Shown here piece after piece: positions 42,458-52,067 of a DNA stretch of 64,000 nt. How positions within the stretch are numbered: the stretch's first letter is position 1; each line of letters begins with the position of its first letter. Both the position numbers and the translations under genes were made by a program. Origin of the DNA: Lachnospiraceae bacterium (GTDB lineage Bacteria > Bacillota > Clostridia > Lachnospirales > Lachnospiraceae); the NCBI GenBank assembly GCA_030526245.1, contig JAUNDD010000002.1, positions 35,972 through 99,971 on the forward strand, in the 5' to 3' direction. A model generated the notes under the pieces. The model searched no databases. It saw nothing but the letters and a program-made list of their open reading frames with translations, and was not told the origin of the DNA.

Positions 42458-43690
42458 TCAGGATACCGGACGCTGACCCAGTGTCAGATCCATTGTTACC
42501 TCCTCGTAATAACCGGAGGCTGTATTCTGGGTGTAGACCTCAATGGAAACGGTCTCACCGGCCCGATAGTAGGGCAGAAGGGCGGTCAGATCACTCAGAC
42601 CGGAGATGTCATGTCCGTCAAAGGAGAGAAGAATGTCTCCGGCTGTCAATCCGGCCTGGGCTGAGGGGCCGTCCTCGGCGACATAGGTGATGTAGACACC
42701 GGATGGAATGTCGTAGAACATGATGGCATCATAGGAAACATCCTGGCCGTTGAAGCCCACATAGCCAACCTCGGAATCCTCTACGCGGGTCCGGGTGACC
42801 TGGGTCATCAGGTTTTCCAGGATCGGCATGGCGGCGGAGATGGGGATGGCGTAGCCCATGCCCTCCACATCGCTTTCGGCGGCCTTGGCGGAGTTGATGC
42901 CGATGACCTCGCCGTTCATGTTCAGCAGGGCACCGCCGCTGTTGCCCGGGTTGATGGCGGCATCCGTCTGGATCAGATTATTGAAGACGGAAACATCGGA
43001 ATCTTCTTCCTGTCCATAGGTATAGTAGCTGCCGGAGTTAGAGGAGTTCGTATTGATGGAACGATCCTTGGCACTGATGATGCCGGTGGTGACGGACTGA
43101 CCGTAGCCCAGGGCATTGCCGATGGCCACGACCTGCTCGCCGATGCGCATGGTATCGGAGTCACCGATCCGGGCAATGCGGATGGCGTCCATGGTCTCCT
43201 GGGGAATATCCGTCAGCTGCACGGCGACCACGGCCAGATCGTTGCGGGCATCGGTACCCTTGATCTGGGCACTGAAGGACTCGTTGTTGATAAAGGAGAC
43301 CGTCAGATCCCGGGCTCCCTCCACCACGTGATTGTTGGTGCAGATCAAAAGCTCGGTGTCGTTGCTGCCCACGATGATGCCGCTGCCGGCACTCTTGGAT
43401 TCATACTGATAGGAGTGGCGGCCGTAGAAAAAGCTGCGCACCTCCTGCACGGAGGTGTTGGTGATGGCCACAATGGAGGGCATCACGGCTTCGGCCAGAT
43501 CGGCAATGTTGGCATAGGAAAAGTCCGGAATATCAGCGGATGCATCGCCGACGTCGGATACGGTGGAGATCTGTACCGGACCGGCGGCACCGCCCTCGAT
43601 GGAAAGGGCCGGATCACCGGCAGCGTACAGCATACTGCTGGTCAGCAGGACACTTAAGCTGCAGAGGAATGCAATGCTTCGTTTTTTCAT
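42458..43690 (-). CDS. htrA: S1C family serine protease (HtrA/DegP type) with a PDZ domain
   Basis: Signal anchor MKKRSIAFLCSLSVLLTSSMLYA. Catalytic motifs TNNHVV, DLAVV and NPGNSGGALLN. C-terminal PDZ (GLTAGDILLSFDGHDI). Confidence 0.9.
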   Translation of the reverse strand: MKKRSIAFLCSLSVLLTSSMLYAAGDPALSIEGGAAGPVQISTVSDVGDASADIPDFSYANIADLAEAVMPSIVAITNTSVQEVRSFFYGRHSYQYESKSAGSGIIVGSNDTELLICTNNHVVEGARDLTVSFINNESFSAQIKGTDARNDLAVVAVQLTDIPQETMDAIRIARIGDSDTMRIGEQVVAIGNALGYGQSVTTGIISAKDRSINTNSSNSGSYYTYGQEEDSDVSVFNNLIQTDAAINPGNSGGALLNMNGEVIGINSAKAAESDVEGMGYAIPISAAMPILENLMTQVTRTRVEDSEVGYVGFNGQDVSYDAIMFYDIPSGVYITYVAEDGPSAQAGLTAGDILLSFDGHDISGLSDLTALLPYYRAGETVSIEVYTQNTASGYYEEVTMDLTLGQRPVS

Positions 43691-44044
43691 ATCGTTAACG
43701 CCTTCTTTCATGGATAATCGGAATGGGGTCATTCGTATGGTGGAACGACCTGATTGGAAGCATTCGGTTTATGTGCAGAAACCGAAACATCTTCTGTTTA
43801 TGTTGGCATTATCATAGCCACTGAATATGTTCAAACTGTGTTCTGCTTTCGTTCATTTAGTGAAAGTGAAGCTTTGGAGAAGTTTTTGTCCGGTATAGTT
43901 TGCTTTGTGAAGAAACGTTTTAAGTAGTGGAAATTTTAAAAAACTGTTGTATAATGCCGTATAAGCAGAACTATGCCATGAGCATGGGAGGTGCTGTGTA
44001 ACCAATCGTCATTATATATAGAAGTGATTAGGAAAGAAGATAAC

Positions 44045-45154
44045 ATGGCAGATAATAAGATCATCTGTGAATCACAGGAGGTACTGTACCAGAAGGCGGT
44101 CAAGAAGATGAACGCTGACCGCGTGATCGTACAGCATGCCTACAAAATCGAGAATTATCAGATCGCAGCCGGCATGTTTGATGAGGTGGGCGATTTTGAG
44201 GACGCGGCCGAGCTGGCGGCCCGCTGCCGCAAGCTGGCAGCGCAGACGCGGGAGGAAGAGAAGGAAGAAAAATACCGGAATGCTTCCCGTCGGATCGAAG
44301 GAGATCCCACCGAGGATATCTGGAAGAAAGCAGAGGCTGAGTTTGCGTCACTGGGAGATTATAAGGACAGTGCGCAGCAGACCCTGAAATGCCGGGAGAA
44401 GCTGGATGGCATCAACAGGAAGTATCGCCGTAAGCGGAATGTGCTGGCAGGCAGTGCCCTGCTGCTGGCTTCGCTGGTGGTGGCCGGCTCTGCCAGCGGA
44501 TTTTTCAAATATATGCTGGGCTGGGGCATGGTGCAGGGCGGCATGTATAACCAGGCTCTGGAGATTCTGGAAACAAAGAGCGGCTTTTTGTCAGCGGATT
44601 CTCTGGCAGACCAGTGCCGGGATGAACTGATCCGGGAGTCCAGGGTGGGCGACGAGGTCTACTTTGGCCGTTATAAATGGAAGGTACTGGATCGGGAAGA
44701 CGATGTGATCACAGCTATCACCTCTGCGGTGAGCGAGGATCATGACTTCTACAGCGTGGCCTTCGACGAGCAGGGCGGTTCTTCCTGGGAAACCTCCTCG
44801 CTGCGCAGCTGGCTGAATACCACGATCTATGAGGAAGCCTTTTCGGAGCGGGAACGCGGGGCCATTCTGCCGGTGGTGACGGAGACCACACAGAACGAGC
44901 AGTATGGTACGCAGGAAAAAGGCGGCTGCGAGGATCATCTGACACTGCTGAGTGCTCAGCAGGCAGAAGACTATGCGGATATCCTCAAGTCTTTGGGACT
45001 GAATTACTGGCTTCGCACCCCCGGTCATGAGGATGGCACGGAGGCTTTTGTTTCGGCCGGTCGTCATCAGGCCATGCTCTACGGCTATCCTACCGACAGT
45101 CAGGAGCTGAGCGTACGCGCTGTGATCCGGATCGACTGTGCAGGTTTAAAGTAG
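44045..45154 (+). CDS. hypothetical single-pass membrane protein (N-terminal GDxxDA/S..C repeats; C-terminal DUF6273-like domain)
   Basis: 369 aa. Three F..(V/L)GD(F/Y)(E/K)D(A/S)...C(R) motifs. TM segment VLAGSALLLASLVVAGSA. C-terminal WKVLDRE...SSLRSWLN...NYWLRTPG resembles DUF6273-type domains. Assignment made from memory only. Confidence 0.5.
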   Translation: MADNKIICESQEVLYQKAVKKMNADRVIVQHAYKIENYQIAAGMFDEVGDFEDAAELAARCRKLAAQTREEEKEEKYRNASRRIEGDPTEDIWKKAEAEFASLGDYKDSAQQTLKCREKLDGINRKYRRKRNVLAGSALLLASLVVAGSASGFFKYMLGWGMVQGGMYNQALEILETKSGFLSADSLADQCRDELIRESRVGDEVYFGRYKWKVLDREDDVITAITSAVSEDHDFYSVAFDEQGGSSWETSSLRSWLNTTIYEEAFSERERGAILPVVTETTQNEQYGTQEKGGCEDHLTLLSAQQAEDYADILKSLGLNYWLRTPGHEDGTEAFVSAGRHQAMLYGYPTDSQELSVRAVIRIDCAGLK

Positions 45155-45164
45155 GAGAAATAGG

Positions 45165-45953
45165 ATGAGTTCATTTAAATTTAGAATCAAGATGCTGCGC
45201 CAGTATAAGGATCTGATCAAAGAGCTGGTAACGCGTGATATCAAGCTGAAGTACAGACGCAGCTTTCTGGGATATGTCTGGAGCGTGCTGAATCCGCTGC
45301 TGGTCATGCTGGTTATGACCTTCGTGTTCTCGGCCATGTTCAAGCGCAACATCGAAAACTACCCGGTGTATCTTCTGATCGGCCGCATGACCTACGATTT
45401 TCTGACCACCAGTACCAACCAGGCCATGCGTTCCGTGACCGGTAATGCAGCCCTGATGAAGAAGACCTACATTCCGAAATACATCTTTACGGTGGCCAAG
45501 GTCACCAGCTGTCTGGTGGATTTCGTCTTCTCCCTGGGTGCGCTGCTGATCGTTATGATCTTTACCGGAGCCCGTTTCCATTTGACCATGCTGGCGCTGC
45601 CGCTGGTGTTCGCCCAGCTGTATCTGTTCTGCATGGGCCTTGGCTTCCTGCTGTCGGCACTGCACGTGTTCTTCCGGGATATCCAGTACATCTATAAAGC
45701 CATCACCACGGCCTGGATGTATCTGACCCCGATCTTTTATCCGCTGGAGCAGCTGCCCTCCTCGATGCAGATCCTGATCAAGACCTTCAACCCCATGTAT
45801 TATTACGTGGCCCAGTTCAGAGATATGGTACTGGCCGGTCATTTCCCGGGCAGCCGGATCTTCATCGGCGGCTGGATCTTTGCTGTATTGATGATGCTGA
45901 TCGGATTATGGGTATTCCAGAAGCGGAAAGATCGGTTTATCTTGTTCATTTGA
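45165..45953 (+). CDS. tagG: ABC-2 type polysaccharide/teichoic acid export permease
   Basis: 262 aa with six TM helices. N-terminus YKDLIKELVTRDIKLKYRRSFLGYVWSVLNPLL is typical of TagG/Wzm. Confidence 0.9.
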   Translation: MSSFKFRIKMLRQYKDLIKELVTRDIKLKYRRSFLGYVWSVLNPLLVMLVMTFVFSAMFKRNIENYPVYLLIGRMTYDFLTTSTNQAMRSVTGNAALMKKTYIPKYIFTVAKVTSCLVDFVFSLGALLIVMIFTGARFHLTMLALPLVFAQLYLFCMGLGFLLSALHVFFRDIQYIYKAITTAWMYLTPIFYPLEQLPSSMQILIKTFNPMYYYVAQFRDMVLAGHFPGSRIFIGGWIFAVLMMLIGLWVFQKRKDRFILFI

Positions 45954-45954
45954 T

Positions 45955-46153
45955 CATACCAGGGTCGGAGGACACGATACACCCGCTTGCGGGGGATAGC
46001 GTGTCCTCAGGACCCGCCCAAACATGAGAAAGCAGCCATTTTCCGAAGGAAAATGAGCGGATTTCGAATGTTTGCAGGATTTCGGGAGCGCAAAGCGCGA
46101 AGAAATCCGTATGATCGAGATGACTTCCATACCAGGGTCGGAGGACACGATAC
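45955..46153 (+). repeat. 26-bp perfect direct repeat (period 173 bp) bracketing a hairpin-rich insert between tagG and tagH
   Basis: CATACCAGGGTCGGAGGACACGATAC at 45955-45980 and 46128-46153. Each copy is followed by a CCCGCyTGCGGGG hairpin. Confidence 0.85.
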
Positions 46154-46187
46154 GGCCCCGCCTGCGGGGACAAAAATAGGAGATACA

Positions 46188-48092
46188 ATGGAAAAGAATA
46201 TTATTGATGTGGATCACGTATCGATCCGCTTTAATCTGGCCAGTGAAAAGGTCAATAATCTGAAAGAATATGCCATTAAGATGCTCAAGCACGAGCTGAT
46301 GTTCCAGGAGTTCATGGCCCTGAAGGATGTCAGCCTGCACATCAAGCCCGGTGAGTCCTGGGGCCTGATCGGTACCAACGGTTCCGGTAAGTCCACCCTG
46401 CTGAAGACCATCACCGGAATCTTAAAGCCCTATGAGGGCAGCGTAAAGGTGCGGGGCAAGATCGCACCGATGATCGAGCTGGGAGCCGGCTTCGACCAGG
46501 AGCTGACCGCCCGGGAAAACATCTTCCTGAACGGTGCCGTGCTGGGTCACTCCCGGGAATTTATGGAGGAGCATTTTGAGGAGATCGTGGACTTTGCGGG
46601 CATTCGCAACTTCCTGGACTCCCCGATCAAGAACTATTCCTCCGGTATGAAGGCACGTCTTGGCTTCGCGGTGGCCACCATGGTGGATCCGGAGATTCTG
46701 ATCGTGGACGAGGTTCTGTCCGTTGGTGACTATCAGTTCCGAAAGAAATGCTCGGAGCGTATGCAGCAGATGCTGTCCGGCGGAACCACCCTGCTGTACG
46801 TGTCCCATGATATCAATTCCGTCAAGCAGCTGTGTTCCCATGCTCTGTGGCTGGACCACGGCGATACCATCATGGCCGGTCCGGCAGCACAGGTCTGCGA
46901 TGCCTACAACACCAGACAGGAGCAGCTGTTTAAGGTGGAAAAGAAGGCCAAGGAGATCAAAAAGGCGGAGGAAAAAAAGAGCAAATACGATTATCTGATC
47001 GTAGGTGCGGGTCTGTATGGTGCCGTCTTTGCCTACGAGGCCTACAAGGCCGGCAAGCGCTGCAAGGTGATCGATCGCAGGGAGCACATCGGCGGCAACG
47101 TGTATACGGAAAATGTAAAGGATATCAATGTCCACAAGTACGGAGCGCACATCTTCCATACCAATAACGAAGCTATCTGGAAGTACGTATCCCAGTTCGC
47201 CACCTTCAACAACTATATCAACCAGCCGGTGGCGGTGTATAAGGATGAGCTGTACAATCTGCCCTTCAATATGAATACCTTCAGCCGGCTCTGGGGTGTG
47301 CATACACCGCAGCAGGCAAAGGAAAAAATAGCGTCCCAGATTGCGGAGATGGGCATTACGGATCCGAAAAATCTGGAAGAGCAGGCCCTGTCGCTGGTGG
47401 GACCGGATGTGTACGAGAAGCTGGTGAAGGGCTATACGGAGAAGCAGTGGGGCCGTGACTGCAAGGATCTGCCCGCCTTCATCATTCGCCGTCTGCCCCT
47501 TCGGTTCACCTACGACAACAACTATTTCAACGACCGCTATCAGGGAATTCCGGAGGGCGGTTACACCGCCATGGTGGAAAAGATGCTGGAGAATATCGAT
47601 CTGGAGCTGGGCGTGGACTATAAGACCTATGTGGCGGCCCATCCGGATGAGTTTGAAAAGGTGATCTATACCGGTCCCATCGATGAGTATTTCGATTACA
47701 GGCTGGGACATCTGCAGTACCGGACGGTGACCTTTGAGACCGAGGAGCTGGAGATGGAGGATTATCAGGGCAATGCGGTGGTCAACTACACCGAGCGTGA
47801 AGTGCCCTATACCCGGATCATCGAGCACAAGCATTTCGAGTTCGGAAAGCAGCCGGTGACCATCATCTCCAGGGAATATTCCACCGAGTGGAAGCCGGGC
47901 ATGGAGCCCTATTATCCGGTGAACGACGATGCCAATATGAAGCTGTATGAGGAATACAAGGCGCTGGCCCAGCAGGAGAGCCGGGTGATCTTTGGCGGAA
48001 GACTGGGAGATTACAAGTATTACAACATGGATCAGGTCATCGAGCAGGCCCTGGCGACCGCGTCAAAGGAGCTGAACCGGAAGCTGATCTAA
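46188..48092 (+). CDS. fusion protein: TagH/Wzt-type ABC transporter ATP-binding domain plus UDP-galactopyranose mutase
   Basis: 634 aa starting at ATG 46188 after AGGAGA. ATPase motifs are Walker A GTNGSGKST, signature YSSGMKARLGF, Walker B ILIVDE and H-loop YVSHD. A K/E linker follows. Glf motifs from about nt 46984 are YDYLIVGAGLYGAVFA, GGNVYT, HKYGAHIFHT, YYPVND and FGGRLGDYKYYNMDQ. One uninterrupted frame. Confidence 0.85.
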   Translation: MEKNIIDVDHVSIRFNLASEKVNNLKEYAIKMLKHELMFQEFMALKDVSLHIKPGESWGLIGTNGSGKSTLLKTITGILKPYEGSVKVRGKIAPMIELGAGFDQELTARENIFLNGAVLGHSREFMEEHFEEIVDFAGIRNFLDSPIKNYSSGMKARLGFAVATMVDPEILIVDEVLSVGDYQFRKKCSERMQQMLSGGTTLLYVSHDINSVKQLCSHALWLDHGDTIMAGPAAQVCDAYNTRQEQLFKVEKKAKEIKKAEEKKSKYDYLIVGAGLYGAVFAYEAYKAGKRCKVIDRREHIGGNVYTENVKDINVHKYGAHIFHTNNEAIWKYVSQFATFNNYINQPVAVYKDELYNLPFNMNTFSRLWGVHTPQQAKEKIASQIAEMGITDPKNLEEQALSLVGPDVYEKLVKGYTEKQWGRDCKDLPAFIIRRLPLRFTYDNNYFNDRYQGIPEGGYTAMVEKMLENIDLELGVDYKTYVAAHPDEFEKVIYTGPIDEYFDYRLGHLQYRTVTFETEELEMEDYQGNAVVNYTEREVPYTRIIEHKHFEFGKQPVTIISREYSTEWKPGMEPYYPVNDDANMKLYEEYKALAQQESRVIFGGRLGDYKYYNMDQVIEQALATASKELNRKLI

Positions 48093-48142
48093 GTTCCGTG
48101 ATCTTTCAGGCAGAGAGAGAGGCACATGATTTTGCTCTGCAG

Positions 48143-48207
48143 CCCTCGGGCTCTTGCCGCATACACGGCAAAACGCCTTGCGGAACCGAATCGCCTGAAC
48201 TGTAACC
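48143..48207 (+). repeat. partial (right-half) copy of the GTTACAGTTCA element family
   Basis: CCCTCGGGctcTTGCCGCatacaCGGCAAAACgCCTtGCGGAAcCGAAtcGCCTGAACTGTAACC aligns with 12843-12905. No left TIR is present. Confidence 0.7.
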
Positions 48208-48246
48208 ACTCTTTCTTTAATGAAGCAGAGCGGCGAAGTCTATTCG

Positions 48247-48275
48247 TTGACTATTTCCGGCATTTAGTATAGAAT
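48247..48275 (+). promoter_or_regulatory. sigma-A type promoter of the TAXI-TRAP operon
   Basis: TTGACT at 48247-48252, a 17-nt spacer, then TAGAAT at 48270-48275. Confidence 0.6.
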
Positions 48276-48374
48276 AGAACCAATATTTTGGTTTGACAGG
48301 ACAAATGGACAAAGAAATGTCGACGTGTATGTCAATGGTACTAAAGTAAATTTTACATATGGAGGGAAACTACT

Positions 48375-49325
48375 ATGAAAAAAGTAATTCTTGCAGCTGC
48401 AGCAGCCGCTATGGTTCTTGCACCGATGAACGCTATGGCAGCCGATGAGCTGATCCTGGCTACCGGCGGTACCACCGGTACCTACTATGCAGTCGGTGGT
48501 GTTATGGCTACCGTTCTGAACCAGAAGATGGAAGATGTAAGCCTGACCGTTACCTCTACCGGTGCTTCCAAGGCAAACATCCAGCTGATCGATGACGAGG
48601 ATGCTGATCTGGCGATCGTACAGAACGACGTTATGTACTACGCTTTTTCCGGCACCGACATGTTTGCAGATGAAGATCCCTATGAGACCTTCGCTTCTGT
48701 AGCATGCCTGTATGATGAGACCGTTCAGATCATCACCTGCAACGAAGAGATCAAGACCGTTGCTGATCTGGCCGGCAAGACCGTATCCGTTGGTGATGCA
48801 GGTTCAGGCGTAGAGTTCAACGCAAAGCAGGTTCTGGAAGCTTACGGCCTGACCTTCGATGACATCACCGTTGTAAACGCTGGTTTCGGTGATTCTGCAG
48901 ACGGCCTGAAGGACGGCAAGATCGATGCTGCTTTCGTTGTAGCAGGCGCACCGACCACCGCTGTTGTTGACCTGGCTACCACCAAGGACGTATATCTGGT
49001 ACAGCTGGATGAGGAGCACATCGCTTCCATGCAGGAAAAGTACAGCTACTATACCGCTACCACGATCCCGGGCGGCACCTATGACGGTGTTGACGAGGAT
49101 GCTACCACCGTATCGGTTCGTGCAACCCTGATCGCTTCCACTGAGGTCAGCGAAGATGCGATCTACGAGCTGCTTTCTTCTATGTTTGAGAACCAGGCTG
49201 AGCTGCAGGAAGGCCATGCCAAGTTCGAAAACCTGACTCTGGAAGGTGCTGTATCCGGTGTGAGCGTACCGTTCCACGCAGGTGCTGTTAAGTTCTATGA
49301 GGAGCAGGGAATTACCGTCGAGTAA
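48375..49325 (+). CDS. TAXI family TRAP transporter solute-binding subunit
   Basis: 316 aa. Signal peptide. LATGGTTGTYYAVGG is the TAXI hallmark. Confidence 0.9.
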   Translation: MKKVILAAAAAAMVLAPMNAMAADELILATGGTTGTYYAVGGVMATVLNQKMEDVSLTVTSTGASKANIQLIDDEDADLAIVQNDVMYYAFSGTDMFADEDPYETFASVACLYDETVQIITCNEEIKTVADLAGKTVSVGDAGSGVEFNAKQVLEAYGLTFDDITVVNAGFGDSADGLKDGKIDAAFVVAGAPTTAVVDLATTKDVYLVQLDEEHIASMQEKYSYYTATTIPGGTYDGVDEDATTVSVRATLIASTEVSEDAIYELLSSMFENQAELQEGHAKFENLTLEGAVSGVSVPFHAGAVKFYEEQGITVE

Positions 49326-49815
49326 CACCCGTTTCCATAAACCGTTGCTGATCGCGGCAGCTTTGATCACAGTAGTGGTTGCAGCTGCCGTGATTTTGTA
49401 TACCGGAAGGTTCGGTCTGCTGACTCTGACCGATGCAAAGACCGGGGAGGTCTACGCCCGCTATCTGATGCACGGTGAAGAGGAGTTCAGCGTCGGCTTT
49501 ATCCATTCCGTCAATAAGAGTCCGGTGATCGATCATTACCAGCCGGAACGGGACGGGATCTATGTGGTGAAGACGGTATACTATGGTTTTGGTGCAGGTG
49601 TTCAGACACTGATCGAGGAGGGACAGACACTCTCCTACGGAGACGACGGCAGTATGATCGTGACGGGATTTGATCAGAAGATCCCCGACCTGATCTACTT
49701 TGTCGGTACCGTGTCCGATCACACACTGACGATCGCAGATCGGAAGGAGATCAGTCTGCGTGAGCTGTGCGGCAGAAATTCAATGGTCCGCTTCAGCTAT
49801 CGCCGGCTATTATAG
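49282..49815 (+). CDS. DUF1850 domain protein (typical TAXI-TRAP operon partner)
   Basis: N-terminal TM segment LLIAAALITVVVAAAVIL, then FSVGFIHSVNKSPVIDHY...GIYVVKTVYYGFGAGV. The start is uncertain (ATG 49282 or 49297, both overlapping the upstream gene). Confidence 0.7.
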   Translation: MLLSSMRSRELPSSNTRFHKPLLIAAALITVVVAAAVILYTGRFGLLTLTDAKTGEVYARYLMHGEEEFSVGFIHSVNKSPVIDHYQPERDGIYVVKTVYYGFGAGVQTLIEEGQTLSYGDDGSMIVTGFDQKIPDLIYFVGTVSDHTLTIADRKEISLRELCGRNSMVRFSYRRLL

Positions 49816-49944
49816 GCGAAGTTACCGGCGTGCAGGGCACGCTGCGTTTTGATGGCCCGATTGAATGCGGGCGAGTAACCGAACAACCGCCGCAAAGCGG
49901 CTGGCGTGCCAGGCACGCTATGTTCTTTTGGAGGGCACTATTTT

Positions 49945-51900
49945 ATGGAAGAAAAGAATAAAAACATCCATCCGGGAAGTGAGCCGGACGTTGAAGTCGG
50001 CTCCCAGGCCGATGTGGATGCGATTATGAAAAAATTTGACCGGGAATCGAATGTGCGCCCCTGGGAAGGCATCCCGGCCATGGTCATCAAGGTTCTGTTG
50101 GCTGCATTTTCAGTTTTTATGGTCTACATGAACCTGTTCACAGTCTGGGATGAGCGTATCCGTCGACCGCTCTTCTTAGGTCTGGTCATCCTGTTCGTTT
50201 TCATCCTGTATCCGATGAAGAAGAGCTATGTAAAGCCTCAGAAGGTCAACCGGATCCCGTTCTATGACATTCTGCTGGCGGTAGCCGGTGCAGGAAGCTT
50301 TTTCTATTTTGTTATCAACAACCGGACCATCATCGATCATGCGACCCGTATCAATACGGTGGAGATCGTTCTTGGTATCATCGGTATCCTGGTCCTGGCA
50401 GAGTGCTGCCGTCGTGTGACCGGTATCCCGATCCTGCTGGTGGCCGGCTGCTTCGTGATCTATGCACTGATGAACGGCGGAAAGCATCCGCTGCGTAAGA
50501 CGGTGTACAACCTGTTCTACACCACCACCGGTGTCATCGGTACACCGGTAGGTGTCTGCAGTACCTACATCGTGCTGTTCATTATCTTCGGTGCCTTCCT
50601 GGAGGCCACCGGTATTGCAGAATTCTTTATCCAGTGCGCCAACTGCCTGGCCGGTTCGGCTGCCGGCGGTCCGGCCAAGGTGTCGGTCATCTCTTCCGCT
50701 CTGTGCGGTATGGTATCCGGCTCCAGCGTTGGTAATACGGTAACCACCGGTTCCGTAACCATTCCGATGATGAAAAAGACCGGTTATCCGGGTGCCTTTG
50801 CCGGCGCTGTTGAAGCGGCTGCATCCACCGGCGGTCAGATCATGCCCCCGATTATGGGTGCGGCAGCCTTCCTGATGGCGGAGATGGTGGGTGTTCCCTA
50901 TTCCAACATCGTAGTGGTAGCCATCCTTCCGGCTGTGCTGTACTTCCTGGGAATCTTCCTGATGGTACATCTGCGGGCTAAGAGACTGGGCCTGAAGGGT
51001 ATCCCCAGAGAGCAGCTGCCCAAGGCGAAGGAGATTCTGCCGAAGGTATATCTGCTGGTTCCGCTGGTCGCCCTGATCTATCTGATCACCAGCGGCTTCA
51101 CCATGAGCCGTGCGGCCATCATCGCCACCCTGCTTTGCATCGTGGTCAGCATGGTGGACAAGGAGCATCGTCTGACACCGAAGAAATTCCTGGATGCCCT
51201 GGAGACCGGTGCCAAGAATACACTGTCCATCGCGGTAGCCTGCGGTATCGCCGGTATCATTGCCGGTGTAGTTACCATGACCGGTCTGGGTCAGGTACTG
51301 ATCTCCGCCGTTGTCGGCATTTCCAAGGGTAATCTGCTGGTTGCTCTGTTCCTGACCATGCTGTGCTGCATCATCCTGGGTATGGGTGTGCCCACCACAG
51401 CAACCTATATCATCATGGCCACCACCTGTGCACCGATCCTGACCACCGGTATGGGACTGAATGCACTGTGTGCCAGCATGTTCGTATTCTACTTCGGTAT
51501 CGTAGCGGATATTACACCGCCGGTGGCACTGGCAGCCTATGCCGGATCGGCCATCGCCAAGGCGGATCCTATGAAGACGGCCTTTAATGCTACCCGACTG
51601 GCCATTGCCGCATTCCTGATCCCGTATATGTTCTGTCTGAATCCGGCGATGATGCTCATCGATACCAACGCAGCAGAATTCGTGCTGATCGTTATCACCA
51701 GTATCGTGGGAATGTACGCCATCGCGGTGGCCCTGGAGGGCTACATGGTGAAGGTGCTCAATCCGCTGTTCAGAGTCATTCTGGCTGCGGCAGGTCTGGC
51801 ACTGATGTATCCGGGACTGGTGACGGATATTGCCGGTATGGCAGTGGTAGCTGTGATCCTGGTGATCGAGATCGGAGCCAAGAAGCACCAGAAGGCCTGA
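49945..51900 (+). CDS. TRAP transporter fused permease subunit (TAXI-associated 4TM/12TM type)
   Basis: 651 aa starting at ATG 49945 after GGAGGG. Highly hydrophobic polytopic protein downstream of the TAXI receptor. Confidence 0.85.
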   Translation: MEEKNKNIHPGSEPDVEVGSQADVDAIMKKFDRESNVRPWEGIPAMVIKVLLAAFSVFMVYMNLFTVWDERIRRPLFLGLVILFVFILYPMKKSYVKPQKVNRIPFYDILLAVAGAGSFFYFVINNRTIIDHATRINTVEIVLGIIGILVLAECCRRVTGIPILLVAGCFVIYALMNGGKHPLRKTVYNLFYTTTGVIGTPVGVCSTYIVLFIIFGAFLEATGIAEFFIQCANCLAGSAAGGPAKVSVISSALCGMVSGSSVGNTVTTGSVTIPMMKKTGYPGAFAGAVEAAASTGGQIMPPIMGAAAFLMAEMVGVPYSNIVVVAILPAVLYFLGIFLMVHLRAKRLGLKGIPREQLPKAKEILPKVYLLVPLVALIYLITSGFTMSRAAIIATLLCIVVSMVDKEHRLTPKKFLDALETGAKNTLSIAVACGIAGIIAGVVTMTGLGQVLISAVVGISKGNLLVALFLTMLCCIILGMGVPTTATYIIMATTCAPILTTGMGLNALCASMFVFYFGIVADITPPVALAAYAGSAIAKADPMKTAFNATRLAIAAFLIPYMFCLNPAMMLIDTNAAEFVLIVITSIVGMYAIAVALEGYMVKVLNPLFRVILAAAGLALMYPGLVTDIAGMAVVAVILVIEIGAKKHQKA

Positions 51901-51906
51901 GAGGAC

Positions 51907-51964
51907 GGTTCAGGCAGTTTGCTTCCGCAAGGCGGTTTGCCGCACAGGCGGCAAGTTCCCGGGG
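51907..51964 (-). repeat. degenerate partial copy (inverted orientation) of the GTTACAGTTCA element family
   Basis: GGTTCAGGCAGTTtGctTCCGCaAGGcGgTTTGCCGCacaGGCGGCAAgtTCCCGGGG aligns with the reverse complement of 12843-12900. Confidence 0.55.
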
Positions 51965-52067
51965 AGAGCTGCCCTGAGTGCCTGGATGAAGGTACTTCGG
52001 AGAGTTTGTGAAAACAGATTTAACAACAGCTGAGAATGTGCGAGAGCACGCTATGAGGTGAAAGATT

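Noticed and set aside
45987-46187. N-terminal 67-codon extension of the tagH-glf ORF suggested by the ORF track. Related cases are the ORFs 4024-4386(+) and 16054-16335(+).
   Set aside because: These read through intergenic repeat elements and have no RBS. The real start at 46188 has AGGAGA at proper spacing, and the ABC domain begins there.
49816-49944. Another copy of the GTTACAGTTCA element family between the DUF1850 and TRAP permease genes. The spacer contains GTTACCGG…GTAACC and a 17-bp direct repeat GGCGTGC(A/C)(G/A)GGCACGCT.
   Set aside because: Similarity to the family is limited to a few short words. It cannot be aligned convincingly by eye, so it is left uncalled.
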